Positions 43,394 to 56,387 are shown, counted from the first letter of the whole stretch. The stretch is 63,643 nt of DNA, filler included, from Rhabdomonas costata (GCA_019059605.1; 51 parts of 51 records of this genome joined end to end with filler, not necessarily neighbours in it); one strand, 5' to 3'. Made by a program: numbers and translations. The notes: generated from the letters alone by a model not told the origin.

Positions 43394-45472
43394 GAAAGGG
43401 AGTGATAGTGTGGTGGTGCGCGAGATGAGAAGAAATGACGCTTCTTTTTTTCTTCGTTGCTTCGTTGCGGGCGTCCACCACTTAATACCCTTGGTATTAG
43501 CGGATGCAGCAGTCTCCTGCTGTCTGTTTGCTTTCGTTTCCTGTGGAGCGTATCATTTCCCGGCGCCCGCTGCCCTTTGGTGCTTCGTGGCGGTAGGAAG
43601 ATTTTGTGTGTGATGCACACATTCCATTCTTCTGAAATTCCCTTCTNNNNNNNNNNNNNNNNNNNNNNNNNNNNNNNNNNNNNNNNNNNNTTAATTAATT
43701 AANNNNNNNNNNNNNNNNNNNNNNNNNNNNNNNNNNNNNNNNNNNNTGCCAGAGCCACCGCGGGGCGCCGCCTAAGACAAAAACTGGCAAATGGCCTGCA
43801 AATACCATCCAAATTTTTTGTGATTTATTCCCGGTAGCAATAGCTGTTGGGCCCCCATACCTAGTGCTTCTTGTGAAGTGCGTTGACGGTCATCAAGTAA
43901 TCCATTTCCTCTGTCAATCGATTACCACGGTATTTTTGTCTTTCAAAGTTTTCCCATTAGTTAGATCAAACGGTTATCTGACGTTTCTCATGTTCCTCTC
44001 TTTTTTCACCGCAGTCACACATTTGTTAATCTCGTTCCGGAACCCCTCTCGCCCATTGTAGCCATATCCTCAGCGGAAGCGCATCGAAGAATCCACGCCA
44101 AAGTGGAGCTCTCTGACAGATTCGCGACTTTAGCCAACAAGCGGAAGCTCTGAGCCTATCCTTTGGTGACCTACCAGAAGGATGCCCCGCACAGGCACTA
44201 TCAAACCTGGCCACTGACACACGTACGCCACGTTGAATGCCCATTATTCTTTGCCCTCGCTGCGCTCTTTGTACTGGTACAGCAGGCATAAGACCACGCC
44301 ATGCATGTGCTTCAGCTACCACCATATGAAACTTTCCCTGCCAAAACCACGCAGCGCACCAGATCGCAGAACCGCTCTATGTTACGAAACGCGGGCAGAA
44401 CTGCTCACGTCCATGCAGCGCCTGATGTGGAAGGAAGATCCAACTCCCAGTTTTCCAACAGCTCACATGCAACCTCATCAAAACTACTCTGTAGGAGTGG
44501 ACATGTCGTGCAGCCCACCTCCATCTGACACCAACACCCTCTCAGCACCAGACCAAAACTCAATCTATTTACCATTCAGAGACCCACACTTACAGTTATA
44601 CAGAATTCGTTGAACTCCAATTATATCTCCATCAGGCAAAAAAAACTCCGCAATCCCACCATCACACCATTCAGAGTCTCGTTCACAGGTCTGCAGCAGT
44701 CTCCACGCGCACCCAATACTTTCGGCAAATGGCCATATTTTCCCGGTGGGCTAAGCTGGGGCGGATACCACCATCTCCCAGCTCACCTTCTCTCCGATCT
44801 ACCTTCCTTCCAGATAGAATGTACAGGTAATCCATTTTGAAACCTTCGTGCACGTACACGAGTTATGACAGCAAACAACTAAGACGAAAAACCCACNNNN
44901 NNNNNNNNNNNNNNNNNNNNNNNNNNNNNNNNNNNNNNNNTTAATTAATTAANNNNNNNNNNNNNNNNNNNNNNNNNNNNNNNNNNNNNNNNNNNNTGTG
45001 TGTGTTTGGTTGGTTGGTGTTGGTCAATAGGGGCCCCTATTGACTAACATCAATCAATCAATGTACAGCCGTCCCCCACTCGTGGGGTGGTTGCCCATTG
45101 CCTTGGCTTCCGGGTATAGGGGTCCTTGTAGACTCTGGACCAACCGGCGTAAATTCCTACCCTACAGGGCCGCTAAAGAATTACTCAAGTGGTCCTGTCT
45201 CAGCAACATCGACCTCCCTCGTTGCCTGCTTCGTTTCTTCTCTCTCAGGAGTCCCGTGCCACCTGTGGGTGGTGGTTTGGCGGGCTTCGCGAAGCTTCCA
45301 ACCACCTAACATCCAGCAACGGCGACAAAATTTCTCACTGGTGCAGGCAATGATGATAACGACTTCTCACCTACCAAGACAGCCCCATCGTATCCCAGCT
45401 ATCCCAGCTGCTTGTCCCGACCCTCTCTAGCCTTCACTCCATTCACCACTTTTGATCCTGACATCCTCGCAG

Positions 45473-45580
45473 GCCATTCAGTCCAATGGGGACAAGGTGC
45501 TGGCCCTTTGGAACTTCCGCGCGGCGCCCTCGGACCACAGCCTGCGGTGCAGATGCTGGGCCTCGCCGTGCCTGCACCGG
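45473..45580 (+). pseudogene. Deletion-riddled paralog of the cyclase exon at 29505-29680
   Basis: AIQSNG-DKVLALWNFRAAPSDHSLRC aligns to AIQAHGGLSAPFAGDKVLAFWNVRNLRSDHASRC with the same acceptor position, but has about three internal deletions and frameshifts. Confidence 0.7.
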
Positions 45581-46433
45581 GTGGCGCCTCTCCACTCTGT
45601 TCTATTTTTTGCTGCAATCTCGGGTGTCTCTCCCCTCTGTTCGGTTTGGTGGTCGTCCCCTGCTTCTTTTATTTGCCCGTATGGGCGTGTTGTATGGGCG
45701 TGATGACAGCTGATTTCATCCTGTACTAACGGCCAATCGGCGTCTTGGGCAGGTCGCTGGAAACCCCGCGGTATTCAACACCTGAAACGTGAAACCCGCG
45801 CTTACAGTTCCCAAGCTGCTGTTATTTTTTTTAAGGACTTGTACTTGGCCCGCCCTTCATTTTTTATGAGGACGGAAGGGTGGAGCCACACTGGGCTCTC
45901 TTCTTTTTCTGCTTCTGCAGTGGGTAGGAAAGCCAGGAAAATCGATCGGGGTTAAGGTGTCCGTCAATCTTTGGGGGTAACTGCAGTGTCGGATTCCCCT
46001 CCCCTTATCTAATCATAACTCCACTGGTGTTTACGCCACCTGCCGGGGCAGCTGCTCTGGTAGCCAAGCCAGACTCATAAATTCGATTTTAAAGATGCCC
46101 CCCCACCTCTCACCTCTCCCACCAAACCCAAACACACCCCAACACNNNNNNNNNNNNNNNNNNNNNNNNNNNNNNNNNNNNNNNNNNNNTTAATTAATTA
46201 ANNNNNNNNNNNNNNNNNNNNNNNNNNNNNNNNNNNNNNNNNNNNGCGTGACACTCACCATGTCTGCGCGAACAGCACAACAAAGTGAAAACCGAAAATA
46301 GATGAGTCTGAGGAAGTCCTCATTCTCGGAACCCATTCCGTGAGAAGTGATGCGCTCGCTGGTGGGTCAAAGCCAGCACGCGCATCATGAAACAAAGGAG
46401 GGGAACGCAGTAGCCCGAGGCGACAACGTGGGC

Positions 46434-46549
46434 TCAGCAGTCCAGTAGCATTCGGTTGCAGCGGCCGTTTTGGTACACCACCGTAAAGCGTGAGTCATCG
46501 CGACCGGTGAACAATGCACTCCCCATAATGGCGTTGTTCACCCATGTGC
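46434..46549 (-). CDS. Terminal exon, MORN-repeat-like protein
   Basis: GTWVNNAIMGSALFTGRDDSRFTVVYQNG fits a degenerate MORN pattern (G.W......G......DG..Y...Y..G); cgcag| acceptor. Confidence 0.55.
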
Positions 46550-47934
46550 CTGCGAGCGCGCGCGGATGCGGATGCGGATGCAAACACAGGGGTGAGAAAA
46601 AGAAAGGGAAACCCGGCATGACATCCCACTCCTTGCCACATTACGGGCAACACTTCACTTCGCATAAAAATGGACGTAATTATAAAGGTATATTTTTAAG
46701 TTTTCTATATAATTAAAATCGTAATAATTCACCTCCTCCTCCTCCTCCTCTCAACGCGCTAGCGGAATTCCACCAGCCAAGTGCGATCTCATTGAAACTA
46801 GGTGAGGTACACACATCACAGCACAGACCTAGTGATCAACCTTGAGTAGTGTGCTGTATTGAAAAGCGGCCCAATGGAAGTTGGGGAGTGGTAACGGTTA
46901 CCAGCGTTAGTACGAAGGTGTAGAAAACAGTAGAAAACTGGCTTAAACAACCTTAATTAAATCAAAATTAAATTACATGTCAGTACTTATGGGGTTAGGA
47001 GTTGGGGTTAGAGGTTGCCAGTGCCCCATATATGATCTTTTTTGCTTAGCAACTGTAAACTACTCCTGGATAAGGACTCGCCAGTGACTGGGATATGGCC
47101 GGTCGAGTAGGACAGCATTAGTTTTGGGGCGAGCGCCAGTGGCGCCAGTCCGCAACAAGAGGGGGGGGGGGCGGTAGGGCCGACGCGGAAACATGACCTG
47201 AGGAAACGTGGCCTTCAACGCTTCGTGAAAGAATGCTGCCAAAATAAAACTGTTCTCACCTCAACGTCCATAACTACTCAAAGGAAGGGAATGGGGGGAA
47301 TTACACCTGTATCGCTGTGAACTGCTATACGTTGAGCAGTGCCGAAGATTTCTCTATCCCCCACCCAACCCCACTCAACCCTGCACAAACACACANNNNN
47401 NNNNNNNNNNNNNNNNNNNNNNNNNNNNNNNNNNNNNNNTTAATTAATTAANNNNNNNNNNNNNNNNNNNNNNNNNNNNNNNNNNNNNNNNNNNNGGTGT
47501 GTGGTCCAATAAGCGAGAAGAAATCGGCACAAGTTGCATATGTAAGGAGCTGGTCCAATTTTGGGTGGATGAGGAGGCACGCGTACCACTAGGTACTAGG
47601 TCATAATTCCATGAGAAACAACAACACGCGGTTCTTCGTTACGACGCACGTCCTCTTTTGTGATTTGCTTATGAAGCTTCGTGTCCACACAGCTCCCAAA
47701 GACTTGACGATAGAGAAAAATAGGGTTAGGGTTAAGTTCGTACCCCCCCCCCCTCTCTCGCTCGGTTGCAGATATGGCGAGTCCGACGGGATCAATTGCT
47801 GTTTAGTTGTGCTCTGATCACTCCGTCGGGACTCAGGGAGAAGATACAGATGCAGCTTTGATGTGGTGCCATATGCACAAATTTACACCACATTACCCCA
47901 GTGTACCCTCCCCCAAAGAAAGGGACTGACATAG

Positions 47935-48466
47935 AACCCCCAGCTCCTTTCTGGGGTTCCAAGGATTGTCCTTCAGCACCGCCCGCCACGTCCCCGCGAA
48001 CAGCCTCCACGGCTGCCGCAAAGGCCTCCTGCTTGGCCGCGGGGTAAAAGCTGTGCTCATGCAAAGAATAGATAACTAGAAGCGGCCAGGCTCGCGCAGG
48101 AAGCACATCATTGTGAAGCATCCCCTGCAGCTGTGAGAGAAGCGGGAACCCCTCCACCCCGAGGATGACACTGGCACTGGCGGCCTCGGTGGCATCAGAG
48201 GACCCAAGCATGGTCTGGCACAGCATTGCAAAGGCCCGTGCTATGGCGGTGTACGGAGAGGACTGCGCAGGGTTGGGCGAGGCAGGTGAGTCGGGTAGAA
48301 GGGCGACAAGGGCGGAGTGGGCTGACTCCCACTCCAGAGCAAGGAAGTGAAGGCAGGCTTGGTAGAACAGGCTGAGCGGTTGGGCGGCCGGCGCCAGCAC
48401 AGCGGCCATTTCGGCGAGTGGGGGCACCTCTTGGCCCAATCGCCGAAGTACATACCCGCGCAGAAT
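47935..48466 (-). CDS. Large exon of an unknown alpha-helical (TPR-like) protein
   Basis: cctcag| acceptor followed by about 175 open codons of Ala/Leu-rich helical sequence; 3' boundary approximate. Confidence 0.5.
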
Positions 48467-48754
48467 CTGAGGAAACCGAAGTGTGTTGCAGTTGCCGCTC
48501 ACAGGGGTGCTGAGAATCACAAGGGTTATGGGAATTGTACCCGAAAAATCTGCACACAGGGGAATTGCAACCAAACTCTGGAACTCCAAACCACATCTTG
48601 GGAACCCAATCTTGAACAACCCATGAGGTCACCTACACACACCCCNNNNNNNNNNNNNNNNNNNNNNNNNNNNNNNNNNNNNNNNNNNNTTAATTAATTA
48701 ANNNNNNNNNNNNNNNNNNNNNNNNNNNNNNNNNNNNNNNNNNNNGGTGGGGGG

Positions 48755-49537
48755 TTGGACCTCAGTCACAACGAGATCGGCGCGGACGGGGAGGCCGGGC
48801 TGCCCCGCCAGAACCCCTTCCGCGGTCTTGCCAAGCTGCAGGCGCGTCTCTGTGCGTGTGCATGCATTTTGTGACCGACTGGGGTTTCAAGTCCTCGCAA
48901 GGGGTTTTTGAGCACGTGTGGTACTGGCGGTGTCTTTGCTGCTCATCCTGCTGATGTTAGTTTTTGGGGGCGCCTTCCGTTGGTACCACATGACTGGGAA
49001 CGTCCTGTTTCCGTTATCACACGCTTTTCGAATCTGGTGTCTTTACATTCTTTCAAGTTAGGAAGTGTCCTTTGAAATTTTTATCTTGCTTTTTGTTTTG
49101 GACTTCTCTTTTATATCCCAGGAAATTTGTAATGTAAATGTAAATGTGGCCACAAATCGTATGGGGACACAAGTTTGCCCTGCTTGTCCCGACAGCTGTG
49201 ACTGGCTACCTGAGTTAGGCCACGTCGACGCAACCGCACAGAAGTTCGCCGCACAGAACCATTGGTCGCATGTGTGACCAACAGCCAAATGTTTAAACAG
49301 GTCCGGCAGTGCTCTCCATCCGGCACAAGCGCGATTGGATTCGCATAACACCTCATGAGTTGAATCAGCGCCCGAATCCCCTTCCCCTGCACTCCTCGCT
49401 TCTCTCTTCACTTCTTTTTTGATTTGCAAAGGTTCTCCGGCTGAACCACAACCGCATCTCCTCCCCGGCCATGCTGTGGCCCTTGGCGCAGCTGCAGGAG
49501 CTCTACCTGAGCTCCAACGGCCTCTCGGAGTGCACAG
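48755..49537 (+). CDS. Leucine-rich repeat protein, partial; exons ~48755-48841 and 49432-49537
   Basis: LDLSHNEIG...FRGLAKLQ|VLRLNHNRISSPAMLWPLAQLQELYLSSNGL keeps the LRR register only via a GC-AG intron at 48842-49431. Confidence 0.9.
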
Positions 49538-50469
49538 GTTACCGCCCAGTGTGCAGCAGTGAAAGCGCATCAAAGAAGAGGATCCTTGACATTCCAGTAG
49601 AGTGACTGCTGCGCTTGTGTGAGTTTGTGCTCGCGCCCGTGAAGATGACCCGCGGAACCCTGGAAGAAAAAGAGTTGCAGAGTGGCCTTCCTCCATCCAA
49701 TGGCGGGAGGGAAAGAGTGCGAGAGCGTTTGAGTCAAAAATCTCTGGCGGAGGAGAATTTCCCGGAAAAAAATCACAAAGCCTGGTGCAATGGAAGTTGG
49801 GGGAGGGAGTGGTAACGGTTATCTGTGATACCAAATTTTACCATGGGAGCAATTTAAAAAAGTTGTTAAACGCCCCCCAAGTCACACCCACCCACNNNNN
49901 NNNNNNNNNNNNNNNNNNNNNNNNNNNNNNNNNNNNNNNTTAATTAATTAANNNNNNNNNNNNNNNNNNNNNNNNNNNNNNNNNNNNNNNNNNNNCTTGC
50001 CAGTCACAGAATAAGAGGCGGGCTTGCGTTTCAGCAATTTTATCCATTCTGTCTTGGACAGTTCTCTGTTTGTTCATTCTTGTTTCCATTTTCGCGTTTT
50101 TTCGATGTATTTTCATTTTTCCCCATTGTTGATCTTTGCTGATGAATTCGTTGTATTCGTTTAAACAGTGTCTTTTCTATACAGTCTATGTCCTGAATAC
50201 ACAAGTGGAGGGTAATGCCCCGCACCCCCCCCCCCCGCCGATGTTTGCTGGGCGTAGCATGCTGCATGGTCTTATAAGGGGGGGGGGGGGCAGAACTAAC
50301 AGAGCTTTACCATTAACTAGGTAGTGCTCGTCTATGTTGGTGGATCGTCCTCCCCTGCGGCGAATGTTATCAGATGAGATCATATTGAGTGGATGGCAAA
50401 ATGGCTGCTGCTCGTCTTCCGTGCCCCCACCACCTCCTGCTCCCTCCCGCTGCCTCTGTTTGCTCACAG

Positions 50470-50950
50470 GTTTCGGGTGGGGATCAACACCGACTCTGTC
50501 TTTGTCGGAAACTTCGGGTGCGATCACCGCATCAACTATACGGTGTGTGGCCGGGGGTGGAGGAGGGTTCCACCTGGATAGATTCACCCTTCCTCAGCGA
50601 TGGCAAATAATTGTGAAGCCCTTTTTTGAAAAGGGCTCTGCTGCCAAAAGAACCATGATTAATTGGAGTTCGCACTGTCCTCACTCGCGCGGCGGTTAAG
50701 TGCAGATACGGGTGGGTAAGTCTTTTGGAAAACCACACCACAGCAATGTTTTCAGTTTGGCTGGAAGCAAAGCGACGCAGCGCTCATTTACAGAAAGGGC
50801 AGAAAATGCATAGTGGGCAGTAAGGCAGAAAACAGATCTGCTTCAATTATACAGGTCTTTTGGGTTTTGATTGACGTTGGGTTCGAACCCGCTGCTCAGG
50901 TGCTGGGAGATGGGGTGAACCTGGCGAGCCGTCTGGAGGCCGCGAATAAG
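50470..50950 (+). CDS. Adenylate/guanylate cyclase catalytic region; exons 50470-50542 and 50900-50950
   Basis: FRVGINTDSVFVGNFGCDHRINYT|VLGDGVNLASRLEAANK is the canonical class III cyclase motif with the catalytic N and R. Confidence 0.95.
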
Positions 50951-51690
50951 GTTCCGCCGCTAACCCCTCCACCACACTCACATCTTTGCTTGCACGCCCA
51001 ACGCGCAGGCAGACCCTTTCCGCCTGCTGATGCCCAAAAACCCTCTCCAGTTGGTGACTGAATGAAGTGTTTCAATCCACCATTGCTACAGGTTTCTGAC
51101 GTACACTGAAATTCCCATCGTGCAGCGTGCAACCCATTCAGGTAGNNNNNNNNNNNNNNNNNNNNNNNNNNNNNNNNNNNNNNNNNNNNTTAATTAATTA
51201 ANNNNNNNNNNNNNNNNNNNNNNNNNNNNNNNNNNNNNNNNNNNNTGGAAGAGAGAAGGGGGGCCAGACACAAAGTCAGAGAGAGATGCTTATTGACACT
51301 CTGCTCTTACCATCCATGTCGTATGACTATTTTACAATGGTGTGCTTGGCTTACGGAAGTCCAGGCAGTCGCCTTGTTTTAGCTGAGCAAACCAGAGCGT
51401 TCCCCCCGAAAATCCGCTGCCACCAAGAGGGGCGGGTGAGAGATACCGTGCCCAGACAGCGAGGGCGAGGAGAAAAGAGCGAAGAGTGAGGACACATCAG
51501 AAGTGTGTGGGTATATCCGAGCGCATTACAACCCCTGTGCCATGAACTTCAAAACGCCAATGAGCTGCAGGCGCATACACGGTTGATGAACACACACACA
51601 TTAATGAGGGGGGGGGTCATGCGGTATATGGAAATGCCCCTTTCCGCCACGGCCTTCGGGAGAGGGAGAGAGAGGGAGAGCAAGGCAGGC

Positions 51691-52148
51691 CTTGTCCAGA
51701 GGGGTGAACTTCCCCGCGATCTCCTGGTAGACCTCCTCCGAGGCAACTGCCACCCCGTCCGCTGCCACTCCACCGCCATGGCCGCTGTGCTGGTGCTGGT
51801 GGCGGTGCTGCAGGGCCACACCATGCATTGCCCGCACAGCTGCGCCGAAGGCTGCGGCGTTGGTGCCCGCGGAGTCACGGAACGCCGGCACCCCAAACAC
51901 GTCGGCCAGAACCTGCACACACACAAATACCACGTGCTGGATCCAGCGTTATCTCCACGGGCCTGCAACGACCTACCGCCTCTTCAGAACGGTCAGCCAT
52001 TTGCCAACAGCAGAAGGCAAATGGGGGGGGGGGCAGGCCTGCACGATGTGGTTGTTCGCTGCCGCGCCGCCGCAGACCACAACCCGAGATACATTTTCAC
52101 AGCGCATCCCGAGCTTTGCACTGTGCACCCGCCGCGATAGGAACTGCC
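51691..52148 (-). CDS. XYLB: Xylulokinase (FGGY family), C-terminal region; exons ~52148-52039 and 51912-~51691
   Basis: GQFLSRRVHS...RVVVCGGAAANNHIVQ|VLADVFGVP...NAAAFGAAVRAMHG matches eukaryotic xylulokinase; GC-AG intron at 51913-52038. Confidence 0.85.
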
Positions 52149-54264
52149 CTGAAGAAAATAAAACAAAACGAAAAAGAAGAGAAGAGGGAAAATTGGAAAA
52201 TGAGAATGAGAGAGAAACTGCGGGAAGAAATAAAATACAAGACTGAAGTGAAGAATGCAGGAGGACATGTTCCATGAAGCAAAAATCCACGTGTGAGTAT
52301 GTGCCGATGACTTGCAATGTGGATTGGTGATGCATCGTGCGTTGGGCCGACCTTGCCGTCCTTGGTGGGTGCCTCCGTTTATTTCACAACCAACANNNNN
52401 NNNNNNNNNNNNNNNNNNNNNNNNNNNNNNNNNNNNNNNTTAATTAATTAANNNNNNNNNNNNNNNNNNNNNNNNNNNNNNNNNNNNNNNNNNNNTGTTT
52501 GTGGTGTGCTGTGCTGTACTGTGTTTGGGAGTTCCGGGGGGGGGGGGTGCTGCGTCTTTCTCAGCGTGCATATATGCATGCCTTTTTTTCCTACGCCGCC
52601 GAGTTCAAACAAGATGACCTGAAAAGCTCCCGCTGTATTCCAGACTAGCTCTTCTGCAATGCCAATAACTGAGGGAAATGCCATGTCCTTTTTTTTCATC
52701 AAAAAGGTTAAAAGTCAAAAATAACCTGTGTTGATTAATTAAAAGAAGGAAAAGGCCTTTTTCTTCCCGTGGTGAATATTCTGCTGGCATCATTCGAAGG
52801 ATCTGTTCGCCCACACCCTCTGTCGAAATCGGGAACGTCATCCCCCGCCCGTCTCCTGTTCCTGAACAAATGATGAGTGAAAAGCTGTAACTCTAGCACA
52901 GCTTTGACACATTCCGCAGCTATGCAGATAAACGAGTCCAAGGATATGATCTTGTTTCCCACTGAGAGTTTTGAGAGGGGCAAAAGGCAAACGAAGCAAG
53001 ACAGAAAGCAATGGCCCGAGGAAAGATGTCTCTGAGATCCCCGTAGTCCTTTTGGCAGCGAGGTACTGCGTCACCACACAACAGGGCAGGAATCTCTCCG
53101 CCTATCCCAGCACCCTTAAATGCCACGAGGGGCTGTCCATCTCATGTGAAGACGCCGTGGGGAGGACGCCCGGGCCCACTGGGAAGAATTGTTACGTTAT
53201 TACATTCCCCCCGGTCCACTGTCACTCCCGTATTCGCATGTTGTGGCACGCCTTCCCGGGCAGATTTCACTCACACCGGGGCTGGGCAAAAAAACCGCAA
53301 TGAAACAAACATTAAAAAAACCAGATCCTTTTAAGACCGTCTTTTTTTTCATCCGTAGCTGTCCGCTTTAATTCGCGAGCCGCAGTCGCAGTTTCAAGAC
53401 TTCATGTTTTGGCCTATCCGACGGTTGTGTTTGTGGGCTGTCCAACGGAATTTCCCCGACCGACGACTCGAAGGCTAGGTGGTACCAATGGCAAAAAAGA
53501 ATGTGTCATGCTAGTGCTCTTCTCCCCGTTTTAGCCTCTCCTCCCTGCTCTTCAGCAACCGCTGAACACCTGAAGCAATATGCGGTGTGTTGGAAGAGCT
53601 CTCTCGGGATGCTGGATGGGGCGTCTCCACCTCCCCCCCCCCAACNNNNNNNNNNNNNNNNNNNNNNNNNNNNNNNNNNNNNNNNNNNNTTAATTAATTA
53701 ANNNNNNNNNNNNNNNNNNNNNNNNNNNNNNNNNNNNNNNNNNNNTGTTGGGTGTGTGTGCGCGCGCGCTTGAGAAAGTACACACATACTGAATTGGGTT
53801 TAAACGACAATCAGTGGTATCAGTGGTACGCGAAGTGCGGGAGGTTTAAAGCACAGCTGTGGCAAAACCATTCAGGAGGTGAATATGACACTCTTCTGCT
53901 GTACTTTTTATTTCGTAAGCTTTAGGAAATTGCAAAAGTCAAATTCATAGGAAGCTCCAGCCAGGTAAACCAGCGAAAAAAAAATGGCAGGGTTTTGCTG
54001 ATGAAGTCTTGCGATGATTCGAACTCACGGAACTTGGTTTGAGCAGCTACCAATTCCACACATATTGAAACATTCACAGCGCGGACTAGTGAGGACTGCG
54101 CAACATCGAACAGCATAGGACCAGATGCACACCAAAACGCCATTAGGGAAAGTTCAACTTTTGCCCAGGCAATTCCAATCGTATTCAGGGATACATAGTT
54201 GCGTGGACAGATTCTGAAATCACATTACAACCAAAGAGAAAAAACTCCGACTGCAGATGCATAC

Positions 54265-54595
54265 TTCATAAGATCCGATCGTGCGATTGCGGAGAAGCGA
54301 GCGCGGAAGACGTTCGATAAGCCACGGTTTCCACGAATGTTTTTCTCGACGATCGATAGCACCTGGGAGGAATACCGAAGCAGGGGTTTGCTTTCCGTCT
54401 CCGCTTGCCTAACAAGCAGAAATGAAGGAATATTCTTCTTTAATTGGAAGCTATTATTTGGTTGGAATGCGACAGGGATAAGGATCAACCAGGAGTAAGC
54501 AGAGGAACATTAAATCCCACCCCAAAACAGATGTTCTCCCCTTCTCGATCGCAGTCCAGCCACAGGACCAAGTAGTCGCAGTCTCTAGATTCGTT
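54265..54595 (-). CDS. TOP3B: DNA topoisomerase III (beta-like) TOPRIM region; exons ~54595-54521 and 54362-54265
   Basis: [19 protein letters not shown](G/E)|VLSIV...VFRARFSAI matches Top3-beta. Confidence 0.9.
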
Positions 54596-56387
54596 CTGAA
54601 TAAACAGGGAAGGAATCCGAAAAATCTGAAAAAGAGGAGCCTTCCTTCGATCGAATCCATGCGGAGTAGCAAACGTGCAAACAAAAAAGCGCACTCTGCA
54701 TAGACCCGCTGATGGGATTCAGTTATAACCTCAGCTATAATCAGCGACAGAGGCGACGAGGCTTTTGGAGCGGAGAAGCAGCTTATTTCTTGCTTTCCTC
54801 AGACTTACGGGAACACCTCAGGCAAACAGATGACAAATGCGTGTGTTCCAGTCGCTTGCGGACGATGCATAGAGCCCGACATCAGGAAAGGCGGGNNNNN
54901 NNNNNNNNNNNNNNNNNNNNNNNNNNNNNNNNNNNNNNNTTAATTAATTAANNNNNNNNNNNNNNNNNNNNNNNNNNNNNNNNNNNNNNNNNNNNGTTGT
55001 GGGGTGGGCGCAAGAGCCAAACACGATGTAGCGTAGGAAACGTGAGGTGGTGAAGTGGGAGACGGGGTTCCAGCTGGTTGAGTTGGCAAAGCCAGAATGA
55101 ATGGGAAACCTGCGGTGGTGACGGTGCACTAGGAAAGGAATGCTCGGACGCACATTAAATGGGCGAAGTAAAGAAACGGAATTCAGGTGGGAGTCGGAAA
55201 AAAAAAGTAGAACAGAAAAACAAACAACCCCCTAAAGGTTAAGGTTTTTCATTCACGTGCGCACCCTGGACTGTTTCAATGCGTTTCGACCTATGTGTTA
55301 TTTCGGAAGGAGTTCTGCGAACCAACTGCGAAAGTGGTTGCTTGAGATTGGTTTGAAGACTTGAAGAGCGCTGGGCCGGCAGCGAATCAATTAGCTTCCA
55401 GCCAATCTCGAATGGCGGGTAGCCTCACGGGGAGCTTTACACGTCTCGCACCTGCTCCTTCCTTCACGTCAGGCCAGCTGTGCTCGTTCTTCTTGGGGTG
55501 TCCAGTACCTGCGCTGTTTCCCGATGCCTCCCGGGTGTGCGCTCAGAATCCTTGCGGCGGTGTTGCTGAGTGCTGCGTCTCAGGTATACTCGCCCCACCC
55601 ATGCTTGACCTGCTTCTTCGTTGTTGTCTTCTCTTTGAACAACGAACCTACGTGCCGCTAATTCCCGCAGAAGCACTGCTTTCGGTTTTGTGTTTTTGTT
55701 ACCTGCGTTGGAGGGAAACCACTGAAGAGGGTTTATGCACCCCGTCAGCACTGGTGAAGTCCATGCCGAATAAGGAATTATTGCTCCGCGCTTCGGGTTG
55801 TTAAAATCTTTCGACAGCCCAAAACATCAATCCTCAATCCTCAATCTCCACGGGCCAGCTGTACCCTGAAATGTATTTGGCGCTTTGAATCCCACCGAAA
55901 TACGGAGGGTACAGACCAAACGATACAACACTCTAGAGGCAGTCTTTTTTTTTCCGCCTCTTTAAGCTAGTTTCGATAACGTGAAAAGAGATGCTCACTG
56001 TATGTGGGGAGATGAGAATGCAATTCCGACTCTTCCTTGGTTGGGAACAATTGCATTTGGGGTGGGGGGAGTAGGAGGTTTTGCCTTTTGCAGCCATCGG
56101 TAATGGTGCCCCATATTGATTTCATTGAAAGGTGCTTTCTACCCNNNNNNNNNNNNNNNNNNNNNNNNNNNNNNNNNNNNNNNNNNNNTTAATTAATTAA
56201 NNNNNNNNNNNNNNNNNNNNNNNNNNNNNNNNNNNNNNNNNNNNTTGTGGTTTGAGTTGTAACTTTTCCCATCATTCCTCTCCACTTTGGACCATTGATG
56301 AGAAAATATGTTACCGTGTGGCGATATTGGATGTCACCGTTTCCATCCTGTGTTGACCCTCAGGCCTGCCCTTGTCTTTCCCAACAG

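Noticed and set aside
47721-47734. TAGGGTTAGGGTTA telomere-like repeat
   Set aside because: Only about two units, internal to a contig; not a chromosome end.
50879-50890. GGGTTCGAACCC tRNA T-arm-like motif
   Set aside because: No D-arm, anticodon arm or acceptor stem; lies in an intron 3' end.
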